Assembly (NCBI RefSeq): GCF_009914755.1
Contig: NC_060928.1
Length of the DNA stretch: 64,000 nt
From: the human T2T-CHM13v2.0 reference genome, Homo sapiens
Direction: 5' to 3' (one strand)
Of the stretch, positions 14,603 through 28,230 are shown one piece after another (the stretch's first letter is position 1; every line of letters begins with the position of its first letter). A program made the position numbers and the translations under genes. The notes below the pieces were generated by a model. It searched no databases and was not told the DNA's origin. It saw nothing but the letters and a program-made list of their open reading frames with translations.

Positions 14603-14847
14603 CAGTGGTTCCTTGATATCCTCAAGAGATTGATTCCAGGCCCCCAGAGGATACCAAAATCAGCACATATTCAAGTAATCCTGTGGAACCAGAGTATACA
14701 AAAAGTCAGTCCTCCATATCTGCGGGTTTTTCATCCCGTGGATACTGTATTTTGATCCACATTTCAATGCAGATGCTGATTTTTTTAATTAAAAAATATA
14801 TAAGGGGATGCACACAGCTCAAGCTCATTATGTTCAAGTGTCAACCA
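14603..14847 (+). mobile_element. MER8 (TcMar-Tigger MITE)
   Basis: TA|CAGTGGTTCCTTGATATC..TTCCAGGCCCCC..GGATACCAAAATC..AAAAGTCAGTCCTCCATAT..TGTTCAAGTGTCAACCA|TA. Confidence 0.85.
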
Positions 14848-15159
14848 TACTAATTTTTTTATTTCTGTCCAATATAATTTAAATAACATAATTCTGTGAA
14901 CTGCATGTCATTAATTACATATACTAAGAGGTGGCATAACAATGTGTTTAAATTCCAAGAAATGGTGGCTAGGTAATTTAATTCTCATCTCTGCTCTGCC
15001 ACAGACAAGTTCTGAAGTCTTCAGCCAATCATGAGTATCTGTCCCTAGCTTACTCATCTTAAGAAGGAGCCAGTAAGTAGCAATTATCTTTCAGTGTTCT
15101 TATGAGGAGTAAATAACCTGTACACATCAATGCTTAGAACAGAGATTGCCATGTGGTAT

Positions 15160-15649
15160 TATGTCCGTAGTTGGTTCCTGCCGGTGGGTTTGTGGTCTTG
15201 CTGACTTCAAGAATGGAGTCAGGGACCTTTGCCGTGTTACAGATCTTAAAGATCACATGGACCCAACAAGTGAGCGGTAGCAAGGTTTATCGTGAAGAGC
15301 AAAAGGACAAAGCTTCCACAGCATGTAAGGGGACACCAGCAGGTTGCCGCTGCTGGCTGGGGCGGCCAACTTTTATTCCCGCATTGGCCCCTCCCATGTT
15401 CTGTTTTTGTCCTATCAGAGTGCCCTTTTTTTCAATCCTCCCTGCAATTGGCTACTTTTAGGATCCTGCTGATTGGTGTGTTTTACAGAGCGCTGATTGG
15501 TGCATTTTACAGAGCACTGATTGGTGCATTTTACAATCCTCTTGCTAGCTACAGAGCACTGATTGGTGCATTTTACAATCCTCTTGCTAGACAAAAAAGT
15601 TCTCCAAGTCCCCACTCCACCTAGGAAGTCCAGCTGGCTTCACCTCTCA
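15160..15649 (-). mobile_element. LTR12-family (ERV9) solo LTR, short LTR12F-like variant
   Basis: TGTCCGTAGTTGGTTCCTGCCGGTGGGTT..GCTGACTTCAAGAATG; repeated CTGATTGGTGCATTTTAC; ends CAGCTGGCTTCACCTCTCA; perfect 4-bp TSD GTAT (15156-15159 and 15650-15653). Confidence 0.93.
15345..15570 (-). promoter_or_regulatory. LTR12 U3 promoter/enhancer: CCAAT array and AATAAA-type TATA box
   Basis: ATTGG at 15383, 15447, 15472, 15496, 15520 and 15562; TTTATT at 15372-15377; activity not demonstrable from sequence. Confidence 0.55.
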
Positions 15650-15993
15650 GTATGTTCTGAATAAATTTGGCTATTAAATACGTGATATGAATTAACCAAG
15701 CAGAGAAAAAGTTACTAGTGACAGGGAAAAGGAGAAAATATGTATTCGATATTATTTTGTAAACAATTTATAAATATGCTTCATCTATGAGTTTCTTCTT
15801 AGTACCTTAGAAACTATAACACCACGGAAAATTTTGGATAGTTTAGGGAAGTGCATTAATTGGTAATGTGAAAAATAAGATGATTGTGATAAAGCAACTT
15901 GGGAAAAAAGAAATGGCATGAATCTTGGGAACATGTACTTTCTGAGAATTTTCATGTTTAGAAAAGAGCAAGCTAAAAAACTGGAAGCGTATT

Positions 15994-16501
15994 TGTTGAG
16001 AGGCAATTTTCAATTGGTCTCATGCATTTCTGTGCATCTTGCAAATAGAAAGGCACTAGCTTCACATATATTACAGGTTTTCCTTTTTAAAGATCTTTAT
16101 ATAGTGGATAGCCCTGGAAGATCAAGATATTGTTTATTTATGGATGAGAGAACAGATTTGTTTATTTTCAAGTAAAATGAAGATAGTGTTTTCCTCTACA
16201 GAAAACATCAGACAGGTGTGCTTACTGCTCATTTATTAAAGATTTAAGTTTCCTTTACTTGGAGTTCTTCATCTGTGACACAAACTGTGTGTAGCATCAA
16301 CTTGAACTCCTTGTCATCATCTCCAGTAAACTTGAGGGAAAACAGGAACCAGAGCAAACATGAAGCTCGTGCAACTCTGTGCTGTGCTGCAAATAATGGA
16401 AGTCTTTCTGTCTCTGACCAAACAGTTATGTGTCTTCTGCCAGCATCCATAAAACTGAAGCAGGCTAACTTGTAAGCTCAGATCCTTCACAGTTCTTGAC
16501 A
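15994..16501 (+). mobile_element. LTR40-type solo LTR (ERVL)
   Basis: TGTTGAGAGGCAAT..GGTCTCATGCATTTCTG..GCCCTGGAAGAT..TGTGTCTTCTGCCAGCATCCATAAAACTG..CTCAGATCCTTCACAGTTCTTGACA. Confidence 0.85.
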
Positions 16502-17299
16502 ATAGTCCCTTAAAACTGTCTGCAGATGCACATCTCTTGGAAAAATTTTGCATCCTTTTAAGAATAATTAATATCCTAGTTAATGACAACTATATAACAG
16601 GATAGATCACTTTAAGCTTCTACCCAGATTAGTATAACTTTTAGGTAAATAATGTATATGCCATTTTTTCTAAGGTTATCTAGCCATTTTTGATGTGGAA
16701 AACAATATTGTGTAAGATAAGCTGAGCATATTTTTCACTTCGTTTTTGTTTTGCAAAACAATTTTATTGCTTTTGTTAATGCCCCAATCATCAATACTGC
16801 TTGGCATAAGAGCCAAGTTTGAAGAATTATCATGTTGCAAATGTATTTTGCTCATTTATTTCAAATTAGTAGACAGAATTGAGAGGTGGAAAATTTTAGA
16901 AAAATCTTGGTTAATCATACTTGGAATTTGGTTATGTAATATCTCTTTCCCTTTTGGGGAATACAAAGGTTCATAAACTAGTGATAATCTTCACTCTTGG
17001 AACCTTTAGATGCTATCATGATGTTAGCACAGAAGATAAATTTATAATGTTGCAGTGAGGTAAGGAAATAAAACATGTAAGTCTTTGAAAACAACACTAT
17101 GAGAGCCCTTGCAGGCTAAAAATTAGACACCAAAGCATTTTTTGTTACTTTTGGAGAATAAAAGAAGTGTGCCCCTCAATGTCTTGTGGGAGAAAATATA
17201 TAGTTTGATACACTTGTCAATATCTCTAACTCAAAAATGATGAGTATAAGGAGTGACCCTTATTGTAGTCTTATATTTCTCTCCAACAATTAAGAGAGT

Positions 17300-17651
17300 T
17301 GGTGGGGATGTTTTTTCCATGAGTTCATCCCGGGCCCCAGGAGATTTTCATCTTGTATTCTCTTTATAATCCTATCTTAGTGTTTCATCCTCATGGCTAA
17401 GTTCAGCAATACTTCTGCATTCCAGCCAGTAAAATGTGTAAGAAGAGATGTAAAAACAACCGGCTTTGTCTTTATGGAGATTAACTTAAATTTATGCTCA
17501 TAATATAATTCATGTTATACTTGATCAAAATTAATCACTGATAAGAGACTATAGAAGGTAATCTCCTGCTTGTGGTCATATGTACTTAGGATTCTATTAC
17601 TAAACAAAATGAAAGAATGCATTATATGGACAATTAGTGGTCTCTAGTACA
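17300..17651 (-). mobile_element. MLT1J-like MaLR LTR fragment
   Basis: CTGCATTCCAGCCAG..GGATTCTATTACTAAA..GGACAATTAGTGGTCTCTAGTACA. Confidence 0.55.
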
Positions 17652-18378
17652 AAGAAATTACCAGGTCATTTCCAATTCTCAATATTAAAAAAAAAGTTTA
17701 TTTCTTACTGCACTATCAAATTGGAAAGGTCAGTACAGGGGCATTCAATAATAGTAAAAATATGAATAGCAATCATATGTATCACAACAGAATCATTTAA
17801 AAAGATGTATATTTAAAATATGATTATTGCATTTTATTTCCTGTGGCAGAAAATTATAAATTGGAGAAAAATCACATTTGATTGATGTCTGTTACATGGA
17901 TTTTTAAAATTTGTATCAATGAATGCTTTTTAAAGGTAAACTAATTGAGGCCTACCAAAGATAAATAAATCTTTAGTTATTTTGGTAAATATATTTTACA
18001 GTTTCATTCTTTTCAACTTAAGTTAGATAATAGGTACTACATTCTCTCCTAATGTAAATGTTTATGAGCATTGAAACTCCATCTGGAGAAAATAGAGACA
18101 CTTTTAATTTAAATGACATTTGAAGAAGGAAATATATAAATGTATTCAAAACTGTAAGTGAAAATGGGAAGGTCCTATTAAAAAAAAAGAAAGGACAAAC
18201 ACTTTCCAATGACCTTTCTATAATATTAGCAAATTTATTATGATCTGTTATGAAAGACTGTTTTGCCTTCCTTGTTTCTACTGTCTCAACTCCCTAAGTA
18301 CTAATTCAATTGAAAAGTAACTTCAGGTATGGGTCCATTTTAATGTCCCTCTACAAGATCTGCAGTGCCATTAATTAC

Positions 18379-18480
18379 AATCATATAATCTTAGAGCCAA
18401 AAGGACCCTTAGAGATTATCTAATCCTATTCTATTAATGCATGATGAAATGGGCTTAGCAATCTGTCTAAGGTTACACAA
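18379..18480 (-). mobile_element. MIR3/MIR fragment
   Basis: AATCTTAGAGCCAAAAGGACCCTTAGAGATTATCTAATCC..TGTCTAAGGTTACACA. Confidence 0.6.
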
Positions 18481-19775
18481 ATTCAAAAACACATAGAAAG
18501 TTTTCATAATCAAATTAAATTAAAAGTATAAAACAATTAATGTCACTAATTTATTTATGTATAAGAAAATATTAAATATCATTTTATATGAAGTGATTCT
18601 GATAATTTTAATGAGTTCATAACAATGCTTCTAAATATTTCAAAATTTTAGTTTATCATCCAAATATAATAATAATATACACTTTTATAAGTGAGTCTTC
18701 TACAGTGAAAATTACTAAGTATAGGAAAGAGAAAATCATAGATAAATAGGGTTGTATCAAACTCTTAAAATGTACATGTGGAAATTTAAAAATATCCTCT
18801 TGCCAAGGGGATGTTGATGTCATTCCATAACAGGATTGACATGTGTAATTAAAACAAACAACAAAAATTAAGAATATATAAATAATATTTTAAATGCTTG
18901 AATTTGTTATTTATAATGAATATTGAAATTTATTTAGTGAGATAAAAGGTTAACAAATTCTTGAATATAATTATACTACTTTTATAATAAAATGCATCCA
19001 AGCTGAAATCTCACTTCTGTTGTCAACTGCTTTGATGGTTCTAGACTCATTTCCCTATTTTTGGTGAGTCATAAGACGGATGACGCACATGCTCAATATC
19101 AGGTTATTTTCATGGCTAAGGTTTATCACAGCAAAAACTACAGGGCAAAACCAGTTCTATTCACATTTTTAATGAATAGTAAACTAATGATATCTTGTTA
19201 TTCCTATGCTTTGTCTATCATACCTACACATAAATATAAGCACTGGTAAGTTCTGGTTCCAAACATAGCTTATATATGAATGCCATAATCATTCAACATG
19301 CATACATTAGCCTTGAAGTTTGAAGATTAAAAATTGTTTGTAAAACTATCTAGAAAAAATTTATTATGATTACAGCCACTATTAGATTTCAAAAGGGTTC
19401 ATCAGAAATCTCTGAGGTATATAATGGGGAAAGAATATTTTGACTACCACTTTAACAGGTCTGCTGTTTAATAATATTAGTTTATTTTTAATTGATGTTT
19501 CATGGACATCCAGAATACTAGCTATAAAATCATATATGCTGCATAATGCAAGCAAAACAAAAGCACCTATAAATATTACAGAAGACTATACATGTATGTA
19601 TATCACTGCCATAAAATACCTATATACATATTATGTATATACACACATAATTGTTTTCACAACCATGATATTATTACTTACAAAAGCATGCAAATTTAGG
19701 GAGATGGCTAAATAAGTTATGGCTTTTTCATAAATTGTAAGCCTATTCATTATAAAATATTACTGAGGTCAACTT

Positions 19776-20700
19776 TCATTTGTTCCCCAACAAATTATTG
19801 AGCATCTACTATGTATATTCTAGGCCCATTTCTAGGGACTGGGGAAAAAATAGTGAAAATAACATTCAGAATGTCTTGGCTTCATAAAGCTGTTGTTCCA
19901 GTGTTGGGAGAAAAACAGTAATTAATACCACAAAGTATCATGTGTTGTATGCCAGATGGTTTAAGTTCTATTCTAAAAAATGTGGCAAAGGAGGGGAATA
20001 GAGAGTTCTGGGCACAAGAGGTGCTGGATACTGAACAAGATGGTTGCTGCAAGTCTCACTGGGTGGTATCATCTGAATACAATGAATGGTTATGAGAGAA
20101 TGAGCCAAGAGCATAATTGAGAGAACATATTTTCAGGGAGCAGAAATAGCAAATGAGGCCTTGGTGTATGAATGCTCCCATGAGGTTCCACTAAGGATGC
20201 CAGTGTGATACAGCAGAGGAGATGAGGTCACACTCCATGGGGAGATGGTCACATAAAGCTTCTTAGAAAATGGTAAGAACTTTTGTTTATTTAATTGGCA
20301 GAAAATGAAGGGTTTTAAATGGAAAAGCAATCGCCTCTTTAAAGAATTAGCAGTAACAGTTTGACTGATTTGTGAAAATAGACCATAGCATAGCAAAAGA
20401 GAAAACAGGGAAATTAGTGAGGAAACTATTGTGTAAACTATTCGGAAAGCTGTTCTAAACTATAAACTATGTAAATTATAAATTGAAATTGTTCTATGCA
20501 AACAAGATATATTTGAACCCTGTATATTAGAGGCAAAAGTCCATGATATTGGCAATGTTTTGGCCTGAACTATGGGAAGAACAGAGTTGGAATTACTCAC
20601 CTAGGTTTAAATTTGGGAGGAGCAAATTTGGGATTAGAGGATAGGAAAGATCAATAGTTTTATTTTTAACAGGCTTAATTTTAAATAGACACTTAATCAT
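19776..20700 (-). mobile_element. L2a 3' region
   Basis: CAACAAATTATTGAGCATCTACTATGT..CTAGGGACTGGGG..TTTCAGGGAGCAGAAATAGCAAATG..GATGAGGTCA..GGTAAGAACTTT. Confidence 0.8.
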
Positions 20701-22270
20701 ATAATATATTTTAAATAAACTATTAATCATAAAATAATGTCAGGCTATATTTTAATACTCACCTAAGATATCAATGATAAATAAATAAAATGATAAGAAA
20801 ATACATCAAGACCGCAATAGTTGTTGTAATTAGACAGTGGAGTTACTTGTGATTTTAATGATGTAGGAATTATTCCGTTTTTTAAATAATAAATATTTAT
20901 TAATTTTATAATTATCAAAGATGCTATAAAAAGAAATACTTTTTTATTACTATGCTACTGATGTATTTCCATTGCATTGACTAACAAAATTAACACTAGA
21001 ATTTTCAAAAATATCCACAGTGGTTACTTTATTTGCACTGTTAATTCAGCTCTTTTTAAGTATGCCTTCTTGTTCCCTAATTGATATAATTCAGAGACTA
21101 CACTTGGACACAATTTAATGAGTAAGCAAATTAGTTCCAGTTATTCCAATATGAAATTCCTTTTAATTATGGGCTACTTTTGGAGATGTAGAATAATTTG
21201 AATGTTTAATTTGGTGACTCAATATGACCTACTTCACATTGTTTTATGAGTGGGTGAAAAATATAAGTGCTAGGAAATGTGTACCAGAAATAATTTGTCA
21301 TCTAATTACATTTCAGAACATTATACCTACTCAAAGCCTTGTTTCAGCATATATCTCATTTTAAAAATCTATGTTGTATATATGTTTACTTCTTTAAAAT
21401 TTTAAAAATGTTTATGGCATTCACATAAAATACAGAAGAGACTAGCAATAAGTGACATACATATACTTCAGGACCTGATCATTTATATGACTACATTTTT
21501 TTCTTTCCTTAAAAAGAATATATTCAAATACATCATGAGAAAAAGGTATAGCTTTATAGTTAGGATAAACCTTTAATTCAAGTGCTGTTACTTGAATTAA
21601 GAATGCACAAGCCCCAGACTCTACTCCACAAACCCCACCCGCTCTTCTCACCACAAAAATACCTGGGGAGAGGGATCTGTCTGAAGGAACCTTTCCCACA
21701 ATGGCCTTTATTCAAAATGACACACCTGCCACTTTCCTGATGCCTACTCTTGTACTCCAACTACAGTGTGATTCATTATACACAGTTTGCTTGTATGTTA
21801 TATGACAGTGATTACATCAAGGATTTGGGTACTAGCTAACTGAATTGATATATTTGAAAGTACTTTATAAAACAGAAAGTGCTGAACAACCATTAAGCAT
21901 ACGGAATGATTTGGCAACAATCATATGTAGTACCACATTTTCTGAAATATCTATTTCTTAAAAAACAAGTTTCATTAAGTGTATTATTTGCTGAATAATC
22001 TCTCAAAGGTCATGTTTTCATATAGCTACTATTATTGCATTTTGAAATCAAACATTATTTTCTTTGCCATTTCAGAGAAGCCCTTGGTAATCCAGCCCGT
22101 AAATGCAATTCATGGGCGTGGCTCTAAAGAGAAATAGGCAAACAAAAAGAAGATTAACTACACATTCAATAATCATTTATTTATTTTCTTAGAGATATCT
22201 ATAGTAGCTCTCTCTTATCCTTATTTTAATAAATGCTGATGTACAGAATTAGTGAGGTTTTTGGTAATAA

Positions 22271-22556
22271 TTTTTTTTTTTGAGGCAGAGTCTTGCTCTG
22301 CCATCCAGGTTGAAGTGCAGTGATGCAATCTCCACTCCCTGCAACCTCCACCTCCTGGGTTCAAGCGATTCTCCTGCCTCAGCCTCCTGAGTAGCTGACA
22401 GGTGCTCACCACCACGCCCCGGCTAATTTTTGCATTTTTAGTAGAGATGGAGTTTCACCATGTTGGCCAGGCTGGTCTCACTCCTGACCTCAAGTGATCT
22501 GCTCGTCTCGTCCTCCCAGAGTGCTGGGATTACAGGCATGAGCCACCGCGCCCACC
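22271..22556 (-). mobile_element. AluS (Sx/Sz-like)
   Basis: Poly-T, GCAACCTCCACCTCCTGGGTTCAAGCGATT, TTGGCCAGGCTGGTCTC, GACCTCAAGTGATC. Confidence 0.93.
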
Positions 22557-24089
22557 CAGGTTATAAATTTCTTATTCCTCTTGTTGTTGTTTGGGATGTG
22601 TATTTGTGTGTGTGTGCACATATACATATTATTGAATTTACTACATTACTCCAAAGGCTTTTCTTTAACTATTTTGCTTGATGTATATTTAACAGTGATA
22701 GTCTCAAACAAACAAACAAAAAACAGGAACACATCTGCTTTTTCACCAATACTGTTCATAGAATGAATCTGTATAGCAGTCTGAGGCTATTCTGATGATA
22801 AATTAATTATAGGACTAGAAAAAACTATTTTGCCATTTTACAAACTCTCATTATGCACCTTATATAATAGTGCCAAGTTAATAAATTTGCGTCTATGTTT
22901 ATAGTCTGCAATTGAAAAAACTTACCAGGTACTATTTTCCAGATGAAAGTGAAAGTGATGACAGATTTTATTTCTTCACTTAAATTATTAAGATATACTT
23001 TTAACATGTGAGCATAATCGATTTTATTGCAGGGAAGGCCCTTAATTCAGTAAAAAAGACAGGATTACTTCTTGAATATTAAAACATTTTCATCTTTTCA
23101 GTTTTGCTTTCCTTGATACTAATCTATTTTTCTTTTTACTGAGTAATGTATATCATTTTTTAATTAAATATAATTTAAATAATATTTTACAATATTCTAA
23201 AATGCTTCTGAATACTTCGTCAATAACTTTTGGAAGTTCAATAACAATAACGATTACATTTTTCAAATATTATTTTTGCATTATTTATATGTTTGCATTT
23301 TTACAAGTGTTCTAATCGCATATTGCAAGGCCAAATCAGAATTTTTAAAGACTTTATTTTATTAACATTTAATTATAGTAAAAATTAAGAAATAAAATAA
23401 AATGACATAAAATTTTAAATCATATGAATAAATTAAACCTATATATTTAAATTACTTTATAATTTTAGCATTTTTCATAAATATACAGAAATTTCATTTT
23501 GTGTCTGTTGTTATAATTATTACAATATTAAAATTATGTAATGGGAAAATAAATTAAGCATCAATTAAGACAGCATACATCTGTTGACAAAAGAAAGAGA
23601 AGGTATATTTGATTTCCTTGATTTTTTCCTCTCAAAATTGAGAAATACAGTTTAATTTTATAAATCTATATCCATTTAAATTACTTAAGTCACCATTTTA
23701 GCCTAATTTTTTCATTTTCTAAATAGATTACTCTTCTTTTTTTTTTTTTTTTAAAAAAAAAGAGGTATCATTTATTCTGGTTACAGGTAAAAGACAATTT
23801 TAGATGTGCAAATATTTAGATATATAATCACAATTAGTATTTTTACTTCATGAAATCTTTAGGAGCAAACTTTGCTGTTCTAAACTAAAATTTGGATTCC
23901 AATTCAAAAGCTAAAGACTATCATAGTGTGATTATCCCAAATGAACTCTTTTACCTAACACTTACTGAAATTTCAAGATAAGTAGTATTGAGATTCTACA
24001 AGTCAGTAAGAGGTCTTCTCCCTGTGAACTTTTAGGTTTTAAGGGCACGAGGAATTTAATGGCGACTGGGCTAAAGAATGTAATAACCA

Positions 24090-24415
24090 CTATTGTGCAT
24101 ATGATTTTAGCCATATAGGCAAAAAGCCTAGGAGTTACATTGTTTGGTCAGATGGCATAAGTACAATTAATTGCAATATAAATTGTCAGATTGTTTCAAA
24201 AAGCTCTACAATAAATTATTCTTCACCAGAAACATATGAGAGAACACTAGACACAGTAAGTCCTATAGTTATCTTTAAATGCTACCTATTTGATGGTTTT
24301 TCTGGTGACATTCCTGTGTTATTTTAATTTGTATTTTCTTTACCACCCATGAATCTTAACAGATTTTTCTATGAAAGTTCAGCACTTTGATTCATTCTTC
24401 TGTGGACTGCCTGTG
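24090..24415 (-). mobile_element. Old L1ME ORF2 C-terminal fragment
   Basis: CCTAGGAGT..TTGTTTGGTCA..TTGTCAGATTGTTT..TTTTAATTTGTATTTTCTT..TTCTGTGGACTGCCTGT. Confidence 0.55.
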
Positions 24416-24839
24416 CCTATCCACTTCCCTGGCTCTCTTGCTTGGTGTGTGCATGTGGCTTAGTTTTAGCAAATAGAATATTTGCTGTCCCTGAGCCTTA
24501 GTCTTAAATCCTTATACAAGCACTTTTTCTTGTTATCTTACCTGTTTGTCTGACTTGGGTGATGATTCTTAGAGTAATTTTGGTTGCCAAATGTTAAAGT
24601 TAGTAGAACTACTATAAGCCTCTGAGTGGCTAAATGGCAGTTATTTCTGTGGCCTGAATACTCTTATGAGATATTCAGAGAGAATGAGAGGGAAGAATTA
24701 TTTTTTAAGACATGGAATTTTTATTTTCTATTCCTTAGAACAGTTTAGTTTACCCTAAATAGTAACTACCTATTATTTTCCCCTGCTAATTTTTCTTGAG
24801 GCTCCTAACTTTATCAGGTGAATTTTAAGACATCTACGA

Positions 24840-25171
<332 letters not shown>

Positions 25172-27453
25172 TTACCTTTTTGTCATCTATTTAACAAAAT
25201 ATTTGCTCAAATATATCCTTCCATCTGACAACTATTTAACATTACTTTTCTAATATTTTTACTTTATTGCTGCTGACTTGATACATTTTTTATTCATTCC
25301 ACTACATCCTTGTTATTTTGGAAGATCTATCCTTTATTTCTTTATTAAGGGGTATCTTCAATTTTTTGACCTCACAATTAGATGCATAATTTTCAAGTAC
25401 TATTTGAAATAAAAATACCTTCTATTGTCTTAGCAAATTAGTCCATTTCTCTACTTACCCCTCCTCAATAAGTTGACAAATTCAAAAAACATAAATTTCC
25501 CCATTTCTTTTTCACCACTCCCCTCCAAGAAAACTTGGAACCAGTTTGTTCCAAGGTTTGTTCCCACCAAAATCTAGATTATACAAAAACATTTTAGAAT
25601 GTTAATGATATATTGTTAGTAAAATTCTTCTATTGAATAGTTTATGATAATTTGTCAACATGAAATGTTAGGCAGACATTGAATACCAACTACAGCTATT
25701 CATATTCTCTTAACAGGATTTCCATTGAGTTATTGATGAAAGATAAAGTGATATAAAGAAAATGTGTATACACCGAGTGCAAAATATTTTATACCCTTTA
25801 TGTGGCCATGAATATTAAATCATAGTTATGGGAGGAAATTGCCAAATACACATATTAGACTGTTAAAAACTGTCTGAGCTCTGGAAACCGATGGATAGGC
25901 ATAGCAGAAGAGAGCAGAAGCAAGCCAAGAAATCAAGGAAAGGATACTGCTATATAACAAGAAATAAAATAAAAGTACGTAATGTAATTCCCTTAGAAAA
26001 TGAAGTAGGGTGACTGAGAAGATGTGGAGAACCTTTATACCAATTTCCTTTTTCTAATCAGATTTGATTATAAAACATCGACATAAAATCAATATATGTG
26101 TATTATATTCATTTCAATTTTAATTTCAAGACCTAATTTTGCTGTCTTAAAGATCATGGATAACTCCATCTTATCTCAATGTTCAATCTATAATTTATTA
26201 AAACAGAGTTTTCAAAAGAATTTTCAAAATACTTTATTATGATTACAACCATAGTTAATCTTAAATTAGGACATACTATGTGATAAATACTATGGTGAAG
26301 TACTTCTCAATAATCCATATTCTTAAACATAACAAGTTCTAGGATCAAACTGCTTAAATTTATATATTTGCTCAATCATTTGCCACATAAATATTTTACA
26401 GATGAAGAAACTAAAACACTTTTTTTTTCTCCAAAACCGTTTCAGGGCTAACTAACTTACTCATGAGCTTGGTAAAAATAAAAATTATTAGATACCTTGT
26501 GGATCCTTTGCATATATTTCAAATTTAAGTTTTTGAAGCACTTTTTGAAAAGACTTCTTTATGTGACATTTGTTCATTAAAAACACAGTGTTTCTTTTTT
26601 TGAAATACAATCTAATTGTAAAATATCCTGTGTCTAGAAATGAATTTATTTTCCTAACAAAAATGAATTAAATTAATTAATTAATTACATTCTCAGAACC
26701 ATTATGTAAACCAAGTGTGTTGATCCTACAACCAGTGAAAATAATCCCTACAATGCTAAAAATGTGTGTGCTATTATCCATCTATTTCCTAGTTCATTAA
26801 AGCCAAGTTATCATAATCTGGACTTTTTACCAAAGATTTTCAGGGATGTCAAAGGTTTTTACTACTAAATTTAATATGCTGAAATATTACTTTATGTTCT
26901 ATTTATTTTTATTCATTTAGAATAACATTTTTCTCTATGTTGCGATTGTAAAAATTAACTTATTTACATATATACATGATGTCATGATACAATCTAGGCA
27001 CAATTTTGGATATTTCCTTTTCCCAATGTGTTTAACTTACACAGGTAATCAATATATGTAATCACCAAGAAAAAGACCTTCATTGGTTTCTATTTTGTTA
27101 TTTTTTCCTCTGGAAAAGAGTTTAAGATAGTTTTATCATGAAGAATAGCAATCATATTTTTTGCATACTGTTATTTATTCAAAGACGCTTAATCTATATA
27201 AACAAATTTTAAAAACCCTGGTATCAGTTGGGTAAAATCTCTGAGATTTAAAATATTTACTAAGCTACTAAATGTTAAGCAACATGGGATTTTGAGAAAT
27301 TGGCCAATGGCAAGGATTGTAAGGGAACAAAAACTTGGAAACAATGCTGTTTGTCGACATCTTGAATAATTTGCTGTGCCTCTATTTTATGTCACAGCAT
27401 TTCCACTTCCAGGCCTATACAGATAAATAAAATCAGTGTTATACACAGAGTAG

Positions 27454-27455
<2 letters not shown>

Positions 27456-27489
<34 letters not shown>
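27456..27489. repeat. (CA)n microsatellite
   Basis: Direct reading, about 17 units. Confidence 0.97.
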
Positions 27490-27492
<3 letters not shown>

Positions 27493-27777
27493 TTCAGATA
27501 TAAAGATTTCAACTGTAGCATCATTTGTAATAAACAATATTGGAAACAATGTTGGTATATATTGCTAAGAAAATGTGTTGAGATCAATTTAGTATAATTA
27601 TATATGATTATTTCATTTATTTATCATTTATTAATCATTTATTTATCATTATTATTTATCATTTTTATTTGTATATTTATCATTATTATTATTTATTATT
27701 TCATTTATTTATCATTTATTAATCAATTATATATGATTATTTCATTTCTTTATGGAATGAGTGTAATGGGAAAATCC

Positions 27778-28230
27778 AGTGGAAAGTTTAAGGTAAAGCT
27801 AAGAAAGTTAAATCTTTAAGACCTCTTATGTGTATGGGTCTTTCTCAGGGTCATATGAGTTTTGCAAAATTTGCTATGTAAGATGTTTAATTAAAAATAA
27901 GAAAGGCCATACCTGTTTTGACTCCCATTTGCCTTTAGTCATTTATCTCCCTGTCAGGTAGTGCAGGTCCAGCCTACAGCACTTTTAGTATTCAGCTAAG
28001 GGGAAGTTGAATAGAGACATATTTAATTTCAGTTCATTGAGGTTAATGTGTTTGATTTAAAGCCACTTCCATGTAAAATGAAGTTGTTTCTGGCAGTTCA
28101 GAGACTTTCTATTGCTCACTCCATAGATTCATCCAGTGTCGTAGCACAGAGGTGCAGAGGCAGAGAATGTTGTGAGACACATGTCATGCAGTACTTGGTA
28201 CCAGAGGCTGCAGAGAAGGAAAGAAACAGC
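27778..28230 (+). mobile_element. Zaphod/MER115-like hAT-Tip100 fragment
   Basis: CAGTGG..GGTAAAGCTAAGAAAG start; TTCATTGAGGTTA..CACTTCCATGTA..ATTGCTCACT..GGTGCAGAGGCAGAG..GGTACCAGAG similar to the recalled consensus. Confidence 0.55.

Larger units (their letters stand above)
14975..15676 (+). mobile_element. MIR, split by LTR12
   Basis: CTGCTCTGCCAC..TATGAGGAGTAAATAA..TGCTTAGAACAG before the LTR; MIR tail AATAAATTTGGCTATTA after it. Confidence 0.6.

Noticed and set aside
15460-15590. Regularly spaced ~24-nt repeats that superficially resemble a CRISPR array
   Set aside because: They are the LTR12 U3 CCAAT repeats; there are no unique spacers, no cas genes, and the context is eukaryotic
22076-22086. 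Possible 11-nt microexon (TTTCAG|AGAAGCCCTTG|GTAATC)
   Set aside because: The donor is weak, the length is not a multiple of three and no host coding gene is evident
23737-23762. T-run followed by A-run forming a hairpin or terminator-like palindrome
   Set aside because: A simple homopolymer juxtaposition, common in AT-rich mammalian DNA
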